Notes: a model not told the origin generated them from the sequence alone. A stretch of 49,132 bases of DNA from an uncultured Clostridia bacterium (GCA_947631585.1 CANRLY010000001.1:1-49132), one strand, 5' to 3'; numbered from the stretch's first letter, positions 36,083-44,620 are shown. Numbers and translations are program-made.

Positions 36083-36689
36083 ATTGTTCAGGGGGATATT
36101 TGACAGCGACCTGATAACGGTCATATCGGTAAAGGATTTTCTGCTCTGCATGGGGGTAGCCCTTGCAATAGGAGTATTCTTTGCGGCGGTGTACACTTAC
36201 AAAAACCACTACACCAAGAGTTTTCTGCTGACGCTGGCGGTACTGCCGGCGGTGGTGAGCGTTGTTATCATGATGGTAAACGGCAACGTAGGCGCAGGAG
36301 TTGCGGTGGCAGGTGCGTTCAGTCTGGTAAGGTTCCGTTCGGTGCCGGGCACTGCCAAGGAGATAGCGGCTATCTTCCTTGCCATGGGAACAGGACTTAT
36401 CATCGGTATGGGTTACCTGGGGTATGCGTCGCTGTTTGCGCTGATAATGGGAGCGGCTGTGCTTATTTATCAGAAACTTGGGGAAACTATGAAAAGAAAG
36501 CCGGACAGCGGCAAGGTGCTGAGGGTGACTATCCCGGAAGATCTGAACTACACGGACGTATTTGACGATCTGTTTGAAAAATACACTTTGCAGCACGAGC
36601 TTTCGGTGGTAAAGACCACAAACATGGGAAGTATGTTCAAGCTGACCTATAACATTATTCTGAGGAAAAGGAATTTATTGACGAGATAA
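36072..36689 (+). CDS. DUF4956-like membrane protein, 3' end apparently frameshifted
   Basis: It overlaps the VTC gene by 11 nt. It has TM helices and the block VNGNVGAGVAVAGAFSLVRFRSVPGTAKE. The frame stops at 36687-36689, but the neighbouring frame continues as EEKEFIDEIRCRNGNLEVSISGQEVNIYEL to 36754. Confidence 0.75.
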   Translation: MLDKLFRGIFDSDLITVISVKDFLLCMGVALAIGVFFAAVYTYKNHYTKSFLLTLAVLPAVVSVVIMMVNGNVGAGVAVAGAFSLVRFRSVPGTAKEIAAIFLAMGTGLIIGMGYLGYASLFALIMGAAVLIYQKLGETMKRKPDSGKVLRVTIPEDLNYTDVFDDLFEKYTLQHELSVVKTTNMGSMFKLTYNIILRKRNLLTR

Positions 36690-36743
36690 GGTGCAGAAAC
36701 GGCAATCTGGAGGTCAGCATATCCGGTCAGGAGGTAAATATTT

Positions 36744-38651
36744 ATGAGCTATAAAAGCTCCAGAGCGGCTGCGTTTTTAGCAGCGGCGGCGATGGTCCTG
36801 GGGCTTTGCGGCTGCGAAGATGAGGGCGGTCGGGAGGACCTGTCCGGCAGCGCAGCGGCAGAGCAGAGCGTTTTGGGAAGCGGAGCAGCGGAGGAAGCCA
36901 AGCCGTCAGGCAGGCTGGAAGAGCTGCTCCGCACTGATGAGATGTTCACTGAGCGGGACTCAGACGGCAGTTATTCAGAAGCAGGAGCGGTAAGCATAAG
37001 TTTAAGCGGAAGTTCGGCTTCTGCGGACAGCGACAGTGTGGAGATCTCAGGCGGAAAGGTAAAGATATCCCAAGAGGGGGTATATCTCATAAGCGGAACG
37101 CTGTCTGACGGGCAGATAATAGTTGATGCAGACGACAGCGCAAAAGTTCAGCTGGCGCTTTGCGGCTGCGAAATAACTTGCAGCGGCAGTGCGGCGATAT
37201 ATGTTAAGCAGGCTGACAAGGTGTTTGTTACGCTTAGCGATGGGACGGAGAATGTTCTCACCGAAACAGGCAGCTTCACAGCGGACGGCGACACCAACGT
37301 AGACGGAGTTATCTTTTCAAAAGACGACCTTACCATAAACGGCGGAGGTTCTCTTGAGATAAACACGGAAAACGGTCACGGCGCAGTTTCAAAGAACGAC
37401 CTTAAAGTCACCGGCGGAGAACTGACGGTGAACTGTTCGGGACACGGGCTTTCAGGCAAGGACAGCGTTCGCATAGGCGGCGGAAGCATTTCGGTAAATT
37501 CCGGCAAAGACGGTATCCACTCTGAAAACGCCGAGGACACCCAGCAGGGATTTATTTACATCGGCGGCGGCGACCTGGCGATAGACTGCGGCGGCGACGG
37601 TCTGGACGCATCTTCGCAGGTGCTGACTGAGGGCGGAAAAGCCGTTATCACCAGCGGTTCAGGCAGCGCAAACGGAGAAGCTCACACAGAAAACATGATG
37701 GGCGGAAGATATCCCATGGGCGCAGAAGAGCAGGTCTCAGGCGAAGAAGATGAGAGCTGCAAGGGAATAAAAGGCGATCTGGGCGTTTTTGCGGCAGGCG
37801 GAGAGCTTGTAATTGACAGCAAGGACGACGGGATACATTCAAACGCCGGAGTTTCCGTATCTGAGGGCAAGCTGGAGATAAGTTCAGGAGACGACGGCAT
37901 ACACGGCGACGGTCAGGTACAGATAAGCGGCGGAAGCGTTACCATAAAGGAGAGTTACGAGGGCATAGAGGGACAGAGCATAGACATCTCCGGCGGAGAA
38001 ATATCGGTCAAGGCAAGCGATGACGGATTAAATTCCTCCGGCGGCAATGACGGCAGCGGTTACGGCGGCAGAGGAGGAGATATGTTTGCGGAAAACCCGG
38101 ACTGCATCATAAGCATTTCCGGCGGAAAGACAGTGGTCGATTCCTCGGGAGACGGGGTAGATTCAAACGGTTCTATAAGCGTTACCGGCGGCGAAGTATA
38201 TGTAGCAGGTCCTGAAAATGACGGCAACGGTGCGCTTGACTACGCAGGGGAAGCGTTTATCAGCGGCGGAAGATTCATAGCGGCAGGGTCGTCCGGAATG
38301 GCGCAGAATTTCGGAAGTTCCTCCACTCAGGGGGCGGCTCTGGTGAACATTTCCGGTTCAGGAAACATTATTTTGAAAGACGCTAAGGGGGAAGTTCTGA
38401 TAGAATTTGATCCCGGAAAGTCATACGGCTGCGCAGTAGTAAGCTGTCCGGAGATGGTGCAGGGCGGAAGTTACGTTTTAGAAGCAGGAGGTCAGTCGAC
38501 TGAATTTGTTCTTGACCAGCTCATATACGGTCAAGGCGGAGGAATGGGCGGAATGGGAGGCCGTCCCGGCGGCGGAGGAAAGCTCCCCGGCGGCGGACAG
38601 TTCCAAGGCGGCGGACAATTCCCGGACAGAGAAAACAGGAAGCTTATGTGA
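36744..38651 (+). CDS. Probable lipoprotein with parallel beta-helix repeats (Cthe_2159-like carbohydrate-binding family) and Gly-rich tail
   Basis: Signal peptide with an LGLCGC lipobox region. About ten degenerate repeats are present (GKDGIHSEN, GGDGLDASS, KDDGIHSNA, GDDGIHGDG, SDDGLNSSG, SGDGVDSNG ...). The C-terminus reads GGGMGGMGGRPGGGGKLPGGGQFQGGGQF. Confidence 0.75.
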   Translation: MSYKSSRAAAFLAAAAMVLGLCGCEDEGGREDLSGSAAAEQSVLGSGAAEEAKPSGRLEELLRTDEMFTERDSDGSYSEAGAVSISLSGSSASADSDSVEISGGKVKISQEGVYLISGTLSDGQIIVDADDSAKVQLALCGCEITCSGSAAIYVKQADKVFVTLSDGTENVLTETGSFTADGDTNVDGVIFSKDDLTINGGGSLEINTENGHGAVSKNDLKVTGGELTVNCSGHGLSGKDSVRIGGGSISVNSGKDGIHSENAEDTQQGFIYIGGGDLAIDCGGDGLDASSQVLTEGGKAVITSGSGSANGEAHTENMMGGRYPMGAEEQVSGEEDESCKGIKGDLGVFAAGGELVIDSKDDGIHSNAGVSVSEGKLEISSGDDGIHGDGQVQISGGSVTIKESYEGIEGQSIDISGGEISVKASDDGLNSSGGNDGSGYGGRGGDMFAENPDCIISISGGKTVVDSSGDGVDSNGSISVTGGEVYVAGPENDGNGALDYAGEAFISGGRFIAAGSSGMAQNFGSSSTQGAALVNISGSGNIILKDAKGEVLIEFDPGKSYGCAVVSCPEMVQGGSYVLEAGGQSTEFVLDQLIYGQGGGMGGMGGRPGGGGKLPGGGQFQGGGQFPDRENRKLM

Positions 38652-38656
38652 ATTTC

Positions 38657-38692
38657 AAAGCAGGCGTTCTTTACAGGGCGTCTGCTTTTTTC
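38657..38692 (+). terminator. Intrinsic terminator after the beta-helix lipoprotein gene
   Basis: CAAAGCAGGCG-(12 nt)-CGTCTGCTTT followed by TTTTCC. Confidence 0.7.
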
Positions 38693-38749
38693 CGCCCGCA
38701 GGAGCGGGCGTGCGAAATCGTTTTCTTGCGGAAAAGCGGCAAAAAGAAG

Positions 38750-38778
38750 TTGACAGACGGTCGTTTGTGTGGTAATAT
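38750..38778 (+). promoter_or_regulatory. Sigma-A type promoter of the esterase gene
   Basis: TTGACA (38750-38755), a 17-nt spacer ending in TGG, then TAATAT (38773-38778). Confidence 0.6.
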
Positions 38779-38820
38779 GTACAATGTAAGTTTGAGAAAA
38801 TCAATGGCAGGAGGCATATT

Positions 38821-40002
38821 ATGAAACTGAAGAAACTGACTGCGGTAATAAGCGCAGCGGTCATGATGTGCGCAGCTTTCAGCGGCTGCGGAAATGGAAA
38901 AGACGGTTCCGGAAAAGGCGAGGACGGAAAAACGGACAAAGGGGGAAATGTAGTAATGAATGCAGAAAATGTAAAGCTGCTGGGCAGGACCCACCTTATA
39001 GACGATACTCTGTGGCTGGCGTTTTCGGGAACGGGGGCTGATTTTGACTATACCGGCAAGAAGCTGGAAGTAACGCTGGTGGGAGACGCCGCTGCTTCCG
39101 GCGGCGCTGAGAACCAGGTCAGGGCGGCTGTTTACGTTGACGGCGAAAGGGTCATAGACCAGATGCTTGACGAGCCGGAAAAGACTCTTACGGTTTTTGA
39201 AAGTGAAGAGAGCAAGACGGTCAACGTCAAGATCATAAAGCTTTCAGAAACGGCAATGTCCACCATGGGAATAAAGCCCATAAAGATAGCGGAGGGAGAA
39301 AAGATAGCTCCTGCCGCCGCAAAGGCTCACAGGATCGAGTTTGTGGGGGATTCCATCACCTGCGGCTACGGCGTAGATGACGAGGTAAAAGAACATCACT
39401 TCGTTACCGGCACTGAGGACGTTACCAAGGCTTACGCTTACAAGACGGCTCAGGCTCTGGACGCCGATTACAGCATGGTATCCATAAGCGGTTACGGAAT
39501 TATTTCCGGTTACACCAACGGCGACAAGAAGATCTCCGCTCAGACAATTCCGCAATATTACGAAAAAATGGGATTTTCCTACAATTCTTTTGCAGAAACA
39601 GAGAAGCCGGAATCTATAGACTGGGATTTCTCGGAATTTGTGCCTGAAGTTGTAGTGATAAATCTGGGAACGAACGACGAGAGCTACTGCAAGAGTTATG
39701 CAGACCGCAAGGAAGAATACAGGGACGCATACATAGAGTTCATCAAGAAAGTCAGGGAGAAGAATCCTGACGCCACCATAATCTGCGCTCTGGGAATAAT
39801 GGGAGCAGGGCTTTATCCCACGGTAGAAGAGGCGGTAAATAATTATCAGGAAGAGACCGGCGACCAGAACGTTTACTCGTTCAGGCTCACGCCGCAGGAC
39901 GGAAGTCTGGGTTATGCCGCCGACTGGCACCCCACTGCCGCCACCCACGACAAGGCTGCTGAGGAGCTTTCCGCCAAGATAAAAGAGATCATGGGCTGGT
40001 GA
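38821..40002 (+). CDS. SGNH/GDSL hydrolase lipoprotein, CE2-like acetyl esterase architecture
   Basis: Lipobox AAFSGC. The N-terminal ~150 aa form a beta-sandwich-like region. SGNH blocks follow: FVGDSITCGYG, NLGTNDE, DWHP. Confidence 0.85.
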   Translation: MKLKKLTAVISAAVMMCAAFSGCGNGKDGSGKGEDGKTDKGGNVVMNAENVKLLGRTHLIDDTLWLAFSGTGADFDYTGKKLEVTLVGDAAASGGAENQVRAAVYVDGERVIDQMLDEPEKTLTVFESEESKTVNVKIIKLSETAMSTMGIKPIKIAEGEKIAPAAAKAHRIEFVGDSITCGYGVDDEVKEHHFVTGTEDVTKAYAYKTAQALDADYSMVSISGYGIISGYTNGDKKISAQTIPQYYEKMGFSYNSFAETEKPESIDWDFSEFVPEVVVINLGTNDESYCKSYADRKEEYRDAYIEFIKKVREKNPDATIICALGIMGAGLYPTVEEAVNNYQEETGDQNVYSFRLTPQDGSLGYAADWHPTAATHDKAAEELSAKIKEIMGW

Positions 40003-40018
40003 TCCGCCGGCATTACGC

Positions 40019-40056
40019 CAAACCGCTGCGCTTGCAAGCGCAGCGGTTTGTTTTTG
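40019..40056 (+). terminator. Intrinsic terminator of the esterase gene
   Basis: CAAACCGCTGCGCT-TGCA-AGCGCAGCGGTTTG perfect palindrome followed by TTTTTG. Confidence 0.88.
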
Positions 40057-40103
40057 CGGCAGGCGTGAGTTGATTTTCTTCGCTTTCCTGCATCGGTAAG
40101 GTA

Positions 40104-40223
40104 GCTGCCTGCGGCTCGCCCTCGCTGCGAAGCAGCGAGGGTATGCGGCGGCAGCGCCGCCGCATACCGCCACGCCAACGGCGTGGCGGCGAGCCGCAGG
40201 CTCTGCCAAGACCCGCAGGCAGC
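40104..40223. repeat. GC-rich four-way-junction (cloverleaf-like) element
   Basis: The outer stem CCTGCGGCTCGCC (40108-40120) / GGCGAGCCGCAGG (40188-40200) encloses three hairpins: CTCGCTGC-GAA-GCAGCGAG, GGTATGCGGCGGC-AGC-GCCGCCGCATACC, and CCGCCACGCC-AAC-GGCGTGGCGG. A further alternative outer pairing is GCTGCCTGCGG / CCGCAGGCAGC (40104-40114 / 40213-40223). Confidence 0.8.
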
Positions 40224-40233
40224 CGGCAAGCGG

Positions 40234-40262
40234 TTGACTTGTGCAAAATTTTGTGGTATGTT
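40234..40262 (+). promoter_or_regulatory. Candidate promoter of the MATE gene
   Basis: TTGACT (40234-40239), a 17-nt spacer, then TATGTT (40257-40262). Confidence 0.45.
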
Positions 40263-40332
40263 TTATTAGGCGCCTGACATAGTATCAAAGCGCAAATTAT
40301 ATAGACCAAGGAACTGAAAAAGAGGTAAGTAC

Positions 40333-41733
40333 ATGGAAACTAAAACCAATCCGCTGGGCGAGGAAAAAATATCGTCGCTGCTGCTCAGGTTTGCGATACC
40401 AAGCGTGATAGCAATGCTCGTGAGCGCAATATACAATCTGGTTGACCAGATCTTTATAGGAAACATGGAGGGCTATCTGGGAAATGCCGCCACCAGCGTG
40501 GCGTTTCCGCTTTCAACGGTGTCGCTGGCGCTTTCGCTGCTCGTGGGAACAGGCGGAGCGGCAAAAATGAATCTGCTGCTCGGGGCTAAGCGGCAGGAGC
40601 GTGCAAATGTTGCGGTGTGCAATTCCCTGCTGATACTGGCGGTCAGCGGAGTGCTGCTGGGTGCGGTGACGCTGATATTTTTAAAGCCGCTGCTGGTGTT
40701 TTTCGGTGCAACCAAGGACATCATGCCTTATGCGGTGGATTACGCCGGAATAATCGCACTGGGTCTGCCGTTTGCAACGCTTGTTACCGGGCTGAACCAC
40801 ATTATCCGTGCTGACGGAAGTCCGGCTTATTCGATGGTGAGCATGGTCACAGGCGCAGTTCTCAACATGATACTTGACCCCATTTTTATAAGCTTCTGGG
40901 GAGTAAAAGGCGCAGCTATAGCTACGGTGCTGGGGCAGCTGGTGACGTTTGTCATGAACGTTTTATACATACGCCGGTTCAAGCACATTTCGGTGAAGAA
41001 GGAATATTTCCGTCCGGATCTGAAAATGTGCGCTTCCATCTGCACATTGGGGATAGCCAGTTTTTTCAATCAGCTGGCGATGACGCTTGTGCAGATAGTT
41101 CTTAACAACAGCATGAAGAAATACGGTGCAGGTTCGGTATACGGAAGCGACATTCCCATAGCCTGTTCGGGCATAACGATAAAGGTCTCGATGATCGTGA
41201 TGGCGGTAGTTATAGGCATTGCCCAGGGACACCAGCCGATAGTCAGCTTCAATTACGGCGCAGGAAAGTACGACAGGGTCCGCAGGACATACAGGCTGGC
41301 TCTGGTCTCTGCGACTGTAGTAGCGACGATCGGGTTCATAGCATTTCAGCTATTCCCTGTTCAGATACTGAAATTATTTGGTTCTGGGGAAAGCGAGGAA
41401 TACTTCCGCTTTGGTGCAAGAATGCTCAGGATATATCTTTTCTGCACAGCTTTTGACGCCATACAGCCGGTCACGACCACATTTTTCACCGCCATCGGCA
41501 AAGCCTTCAAAGGCAGTTTTATCGCTCTTACCAGGCAGGTGATCTTTCTTGTGCCTCTGATACTCATACTGCCCATATTCTTCGGCATAAACGGCATAAT
41601 GTTTGCCGGTCCCGTTGCCGACATGGCTGCGTTCATTCTTGCGGTAGTGCTTATGCTACTTGAGACGGCTTCCCTGAAAAAAGCTGAAGTTTCCGCCAAG
41701 GCACAGCCTGCGGCGCCGCAAGCGGCGCCTTAG
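40333..41733 (+). CDS. MATE family efflux transporter
   Basis: 466 aa with 12 predicted TM segments. The N-terminus LLRFAIPSVIAMLVSAIYNLVDQIFIG is typical of MATE/NorM-like proteins. Confidence 0.9.
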   Translation: METKTNPLGEEKISSLLLRFAIPSVIAMLVSAIYNLVDQIFIGNMEGYLGNAATSVAFPLSTVSLALSLLVGTGGAAKMNLLLGAKRQERANVAVCNSLLILAVSGVLLGAVTLIFLKPLLVFFGATKDIMPYAVDYAGIIALGLPFATLVTGLNHIIRADGSPAYSMVSMVTGAVLNMILDPIFISFWGVKGAAIATVLGQLVTFVMNVLYIRRFKHISVKKEYFRPDLKMCASICTLGIASFFNQLAMTLVQIVLNNSMKKYGAGSVYGSDIPIACSGITIKVSMIVMAVVIGIAQGHQPIVSFNYGAGKYDRVRRTYRLALVSATVVATIGFIAFQLFPVQILKLFGSGESEEYFRFGARMLRIYLFCTAFDAIQPVTTTFFTAIGKAFKGSFIALTRQVIFLVPLILILPIFFGINGIMFAGPVADMAAFILAVVLMLLETASLKKAEVSAKAQPAAPQAAP

Positions 41734-41803
41734 TCGGGGGGCGGCTTTGCCGCCCCGACTGCCCCGAAGCTTCGCTTCGGGGCGCAGGCTGCGCCCACAA
41801 ACT

Positions 41804-41844
41804 GCGACCGCCAGCCCCCGGAGGGGGGCTGGCGGTCGCTTTTT
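41804..41844. terminator. Bidirectional intrinsic terminator (MATE gene on +, small peptide gene on -)
   Basis: 16-bp stem GCGACCGCCAGCCCCC / GGGGGCTGGCGGTCGC followed by TTTTT on the plus strand. It is the last of four consecutive hairpins spanning 41733-41844. Confidence 0.8.
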
Positions 41845-41860
41845 AGAGGGAAGCAAGGGA

Positions 41861-42007
41861 TCAGCAGCCGCAGTTGTTGTTGTCGCAGCCACAGTTGTTG
41901 GAGCAGCCGCAGTTGTTGCCGCAGCCACAGCCGAAACCGTTGTTTCCGGCAGCGATTATGAGAATAAGAATGATGATCCACCAGTAATTGCCGAATCCGT
42001 AGTTCAT
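41861..42007 (-). CDS. Unannotated 48-aa single-pass membrane peptide with Cys/Gly/Asn-rich tail
   Basis: My own translation is MNYGFGNYWWIIILILIIAAGNNGFGCGCGNNCGCSNNCGCDNNNCGC. ATG at 42007 is preceded by AAAGGAG at 8 nt, and the TGA is at 41861-41863. The terminator hairpin lies just downstream. The peptide is too short for the supplied ORF track. Confidence 0.7.
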   Translation of the reverse strand: MNYGFGNYWWIIILILIIAAGNNGFGCGCGNNCGCSNNCGCDNNNCGC

Positions 42008-42211
42008 GACAAGCACTCCTTTAATTAAATTATAAGACGAGAAGTTGGGTTTGCAGCGCCTTATAGTAACAGTTTATGGGAAAGATAAAAAAGTGTTACA
42101 GGCAATCTTTTCAAAGCGCCTGCATAAAATATTTCTGAAACGATGTTGCTGTATAAGTTGAAGCGGCAGCGCCAATATTTAAATCAGAAGCTTTGAAAAA
42201 GGAGGAACTGT

Positions 42212-44620
42212 ATGGACAGCTTTTCAATAAGCTCTGAGAACTTTACCGAAAGAGCCAGAGAGATACTGAAAAACGCACTTGCCGACGCAGGCAAACTGGG
42301 ACATACCTATGTGGGAAGCGAACACCTGCTGCTGTCAATGCTCAGAACGCCTGACTGCGCCGCAAATACTATACTTGTCAAAAATGGCATTACCCGCCGT
42401 GATGCGGAAAATAAAATTTTTTCGCTGATCGGAAAAGGTACTCCTTGCCGGCTGGACGCAGACGACTTTACTCCTACCGCAATGAAAATAATCAACGGCG
42501 CAGTTACCCTGGCTAACGGGTTCGGCTGCCGTAAAGCCGGAAGCGAACATCTGCTTACGCTCCTGCTCAGACAGTCGGAATGTTGCGCAGTCACTATGCT
42601 GAGAGAATTGGGCGCAGACCTTTCTAAATTGTATAACGACTGCTCCTCTGCCCACCGCAATGAACTTGCTTTCTCAGGCAGACCTAAAGAAAAACTCCCT
42701 AAATTGGAGCGCTACGGCAAGGAACTTACCAGAATATCCGATAATAAAAAGCCTGACCCCCTTATCTGCCGCAATAAGGAGATAAACCGCATGATAAGGA
42801 TACTTTCCCGGAGAACTAAAAACAACCCCTGCCTTATCGGAGAGGCTGGAGTTGGCAAAACTGCGGTGGCAGAGGGTCTTGCAAGAATGATAGTTGCCGG
42901 CAACGTCCCCGGGGAACTTGCCAGTAAGCGTGTCTTTTCGCTGGACCTGTCACTGCTGCTGGCAGGGGCAAAGTATAGAGGCGACTTCGAGGAACGCCTT
43001 AAAGCCTGCATAGACGAAACGGTCTCCGCCGGAAACGTTATACTTTTTATCGACGAGATACATTCTATAATCGGAGCAGGCGCAGCGGAAGGCGCAATAG
43101 ACGCCGCAAATATCCTTAAACCCCAGCTTTCCCGTGGTGAACTTCAGGTCATAGGCGCAACCACTTTCGAGGAGTACCGCCGCTATATCGAAAAAGACCC
43201 TGCCCTTGAAAGAAGATTCCAGCCGGTGATAATAGAAGAACCTGACGAAAAAACTACCCTTGAGATACTAAAGGGCATCGCCGCCGGCTACGAAGAACAC
43301 CACAAGGTCAAGATCAGAGAGGACGCTCTTGCGGAAACGGTCAGGCTTGCCGGAAGATATATAAACGACAGGTTTTTTCCGGATAAGGCGATAGATATAA
43401 TGGACGAAGCCTGTTCGGGAGTAAGGATACGATACGAAAATTCGGTGAAAAACGCCAAAAATATCTCCGATGTTTTCAACGACTATATTTCAGGCAGGAT
43501 AACCAAACAGGACTACCTGAGCGCACTTTCAAAAAAGGTCACCGGGGAAACGGTCTACGTCACGGCGAAAGACATGGCGGAGGTGGTCTCCCAGTGGACA
43601 GGGATACCGGCTGATTCCCTCTCAGAGACCGAGAGCCTGAAACTTCTCAGGCTGGAAGAGGAGCTTTCAAAACAGGTGATAGGTCAGCAGGAAGCGGTAA
43701 AAATTGTTTCCGAAGCGGTGAGAAGGGGCAGGACAGGCATAAGCGAAGCCGACCGCCCCATTGGGTCGTTTGTGTTCTTAGGGCCAAGCGGCGTAGGAAA
43801 GACCCATCTTTCAAAAGCTCTGGCAAAGTGTCTTTTTGCCAAAGAGGACGCCATAATAAGGCTGGATATGTCGGAGTATATGGAAAAGCACAATGTTTCA
43901 CGGCTGATAGGGTCTCCGCCGGGGTATGTAGGTTACGGGGAGGGCGGACAGCTCACCGAACAGGTCAGGAGGAAGCCTTACTCTATAATACTATTTGACG
44001 AGATAGAAAAAGCCCACCCGGACGTATACAATCTTCTTCTGCAAATACTGGAAGAGGGAGCTTTGACCGATGCCCAGGGGCGAAAGGTTCGTTTTGGGAA
44101 CACAGTGGTGATAATGACTTCAAACCTTGGGGCAAGGCAGGCGGCAGAGAAGAAGCCCATGGGTTTTGCGGAAAGCGTCAGGGGAAGCGGCGAATTGCGC
44201 CGTGAGATGACAGCGGAGCTGAAGAAGTTTTTTTCGCCTGAGCTTATCAACCGCATAGACGAGGTAGTGGTGTTCCGAAGCCTTGACAAAGGCGACCTGG
44301 CAGAAATAGCGAAATTGCAGTTAGCGGAGCTGAAAAAGCGAGCGAAGCAGGCGGGAATGTTGTTGGAATTTGACCGTTCGGTGGCAGCCGGAGTAGCGGA
44401 GCTTGCCCAGGCAGACAGCGACGGCAAGAGCAGCGGCGCAAGAGGGATAAGGCGGGTCATCTCACGGCAGATAGAGAACCGCATCAGCGGCTGCATACTG
44501 AAAGGTGAGCTGACCGCCGGCGGTCGTCAAGCGGTAGTAAAGTACGAAAGCGGCGGTTTTACGGTAGTTCCGGGCAAACACCCGGTCAAAGAAGCAAACG
44601 CCGAAAGCGTTACAGGGTGA
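42212..44620 (+). CDS. clpC: ClpC/ClpA-like AAA+ ATPase (two NBDs, Clp_N repeats, short middle domain)
   Basis: Clp_N repeats are present (VGSEHLLLSML, AGSEHLLTLLL). Walker A is GEAGVGKTA in NBD1 and GPSGVGKTH in NBD2. A ClpP-docking-type loop reads KKPMGFAE. The linker between the NBDs is only ~45 aa, with no evident UVR motif. Confidence 0.85.
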   Translation: MDSFSISSENFTERAREILKNALADAGKLGHTYVGSEHLLLSMLRTPDCAANTILVKNGITRRDAENKIFSLIGKGTPCRLDADDFTPTAMKIINGAVTLANGFGCRKAGSEHLLTLLLRQSECCAVTMLRELGADLSKLYNDCSSAHRNELAFSGRPKEKLPKLERYGKELTRISDNKKPDPLICRNKEINRMIRILSRRTKNNPCLIGEAGVGKTAVAEGLARMIVAGNVPGELASKRVFSLDLSLLLAGAKYRGDFEERLKACIDETVSAGNVILFIDEIHSIIGAGAAEGAIDAANILKPQLSRGELQVIGATTFEEYRRYIEKDPALERRFQPVIIEEPDEKTTLEILKGIAAGYEEHHKVKIREDALAETVRLAGRYINDRFFPDKAIDIMDEACSGVRIRYENSVKNAKNISDVFNDYISGRITKQDYLSALSKKVTGETVYVTAKDMAEVVSQWTGIPADSLSETESLKLLRLEEELSKQVIGQQEAVKIVSEAVRRGRTGISEADRPIGSFVFLGPSGVGKTHLSKALAKCLFAKEDAIIRLDMSEYMEKHNVSRLIGSPPGYVGYGEGGQLTEQVRRKPYSIILFDEIEKAHPDVYNLLLQILEEGALTDAQGRKVRFGNTVVIMTSNLGARQAAEKKPMGFAESVRGSGELRREMTAELKKFFSPELINRIDEVVVFRSLDKGDLAEIAKLQLAELKKRAKQAGMLLEFDRSVAAGVAELAQADSDGKSSGARGIRRVISRQIENRISGCILKGELTAGGRQAVVKYESGGFTVVPGKHPVKEANAESVTG

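Noticed and set aside
40108-40200. Cloverleaf fold as a tRNA or tRNA-like gene
   Set aside because: The stems are 8-13 bp with 3-nt loops. There are no D/T-loop consensus (GG, GTTCRA), no 7-nt anticodon loop and no CCA or discriminator context.
42008-42211. CtsR or CIRCE heat-shock operators upstream of the ClpC-like gene
   Set aside because: There is no GGTCAAA direct repeat and no TTAGCACTC-N9-GAGTGCTAA palindrome. Only a lone AGCACTC occurs, and it is part of the small peptide's SD region on the other strand.
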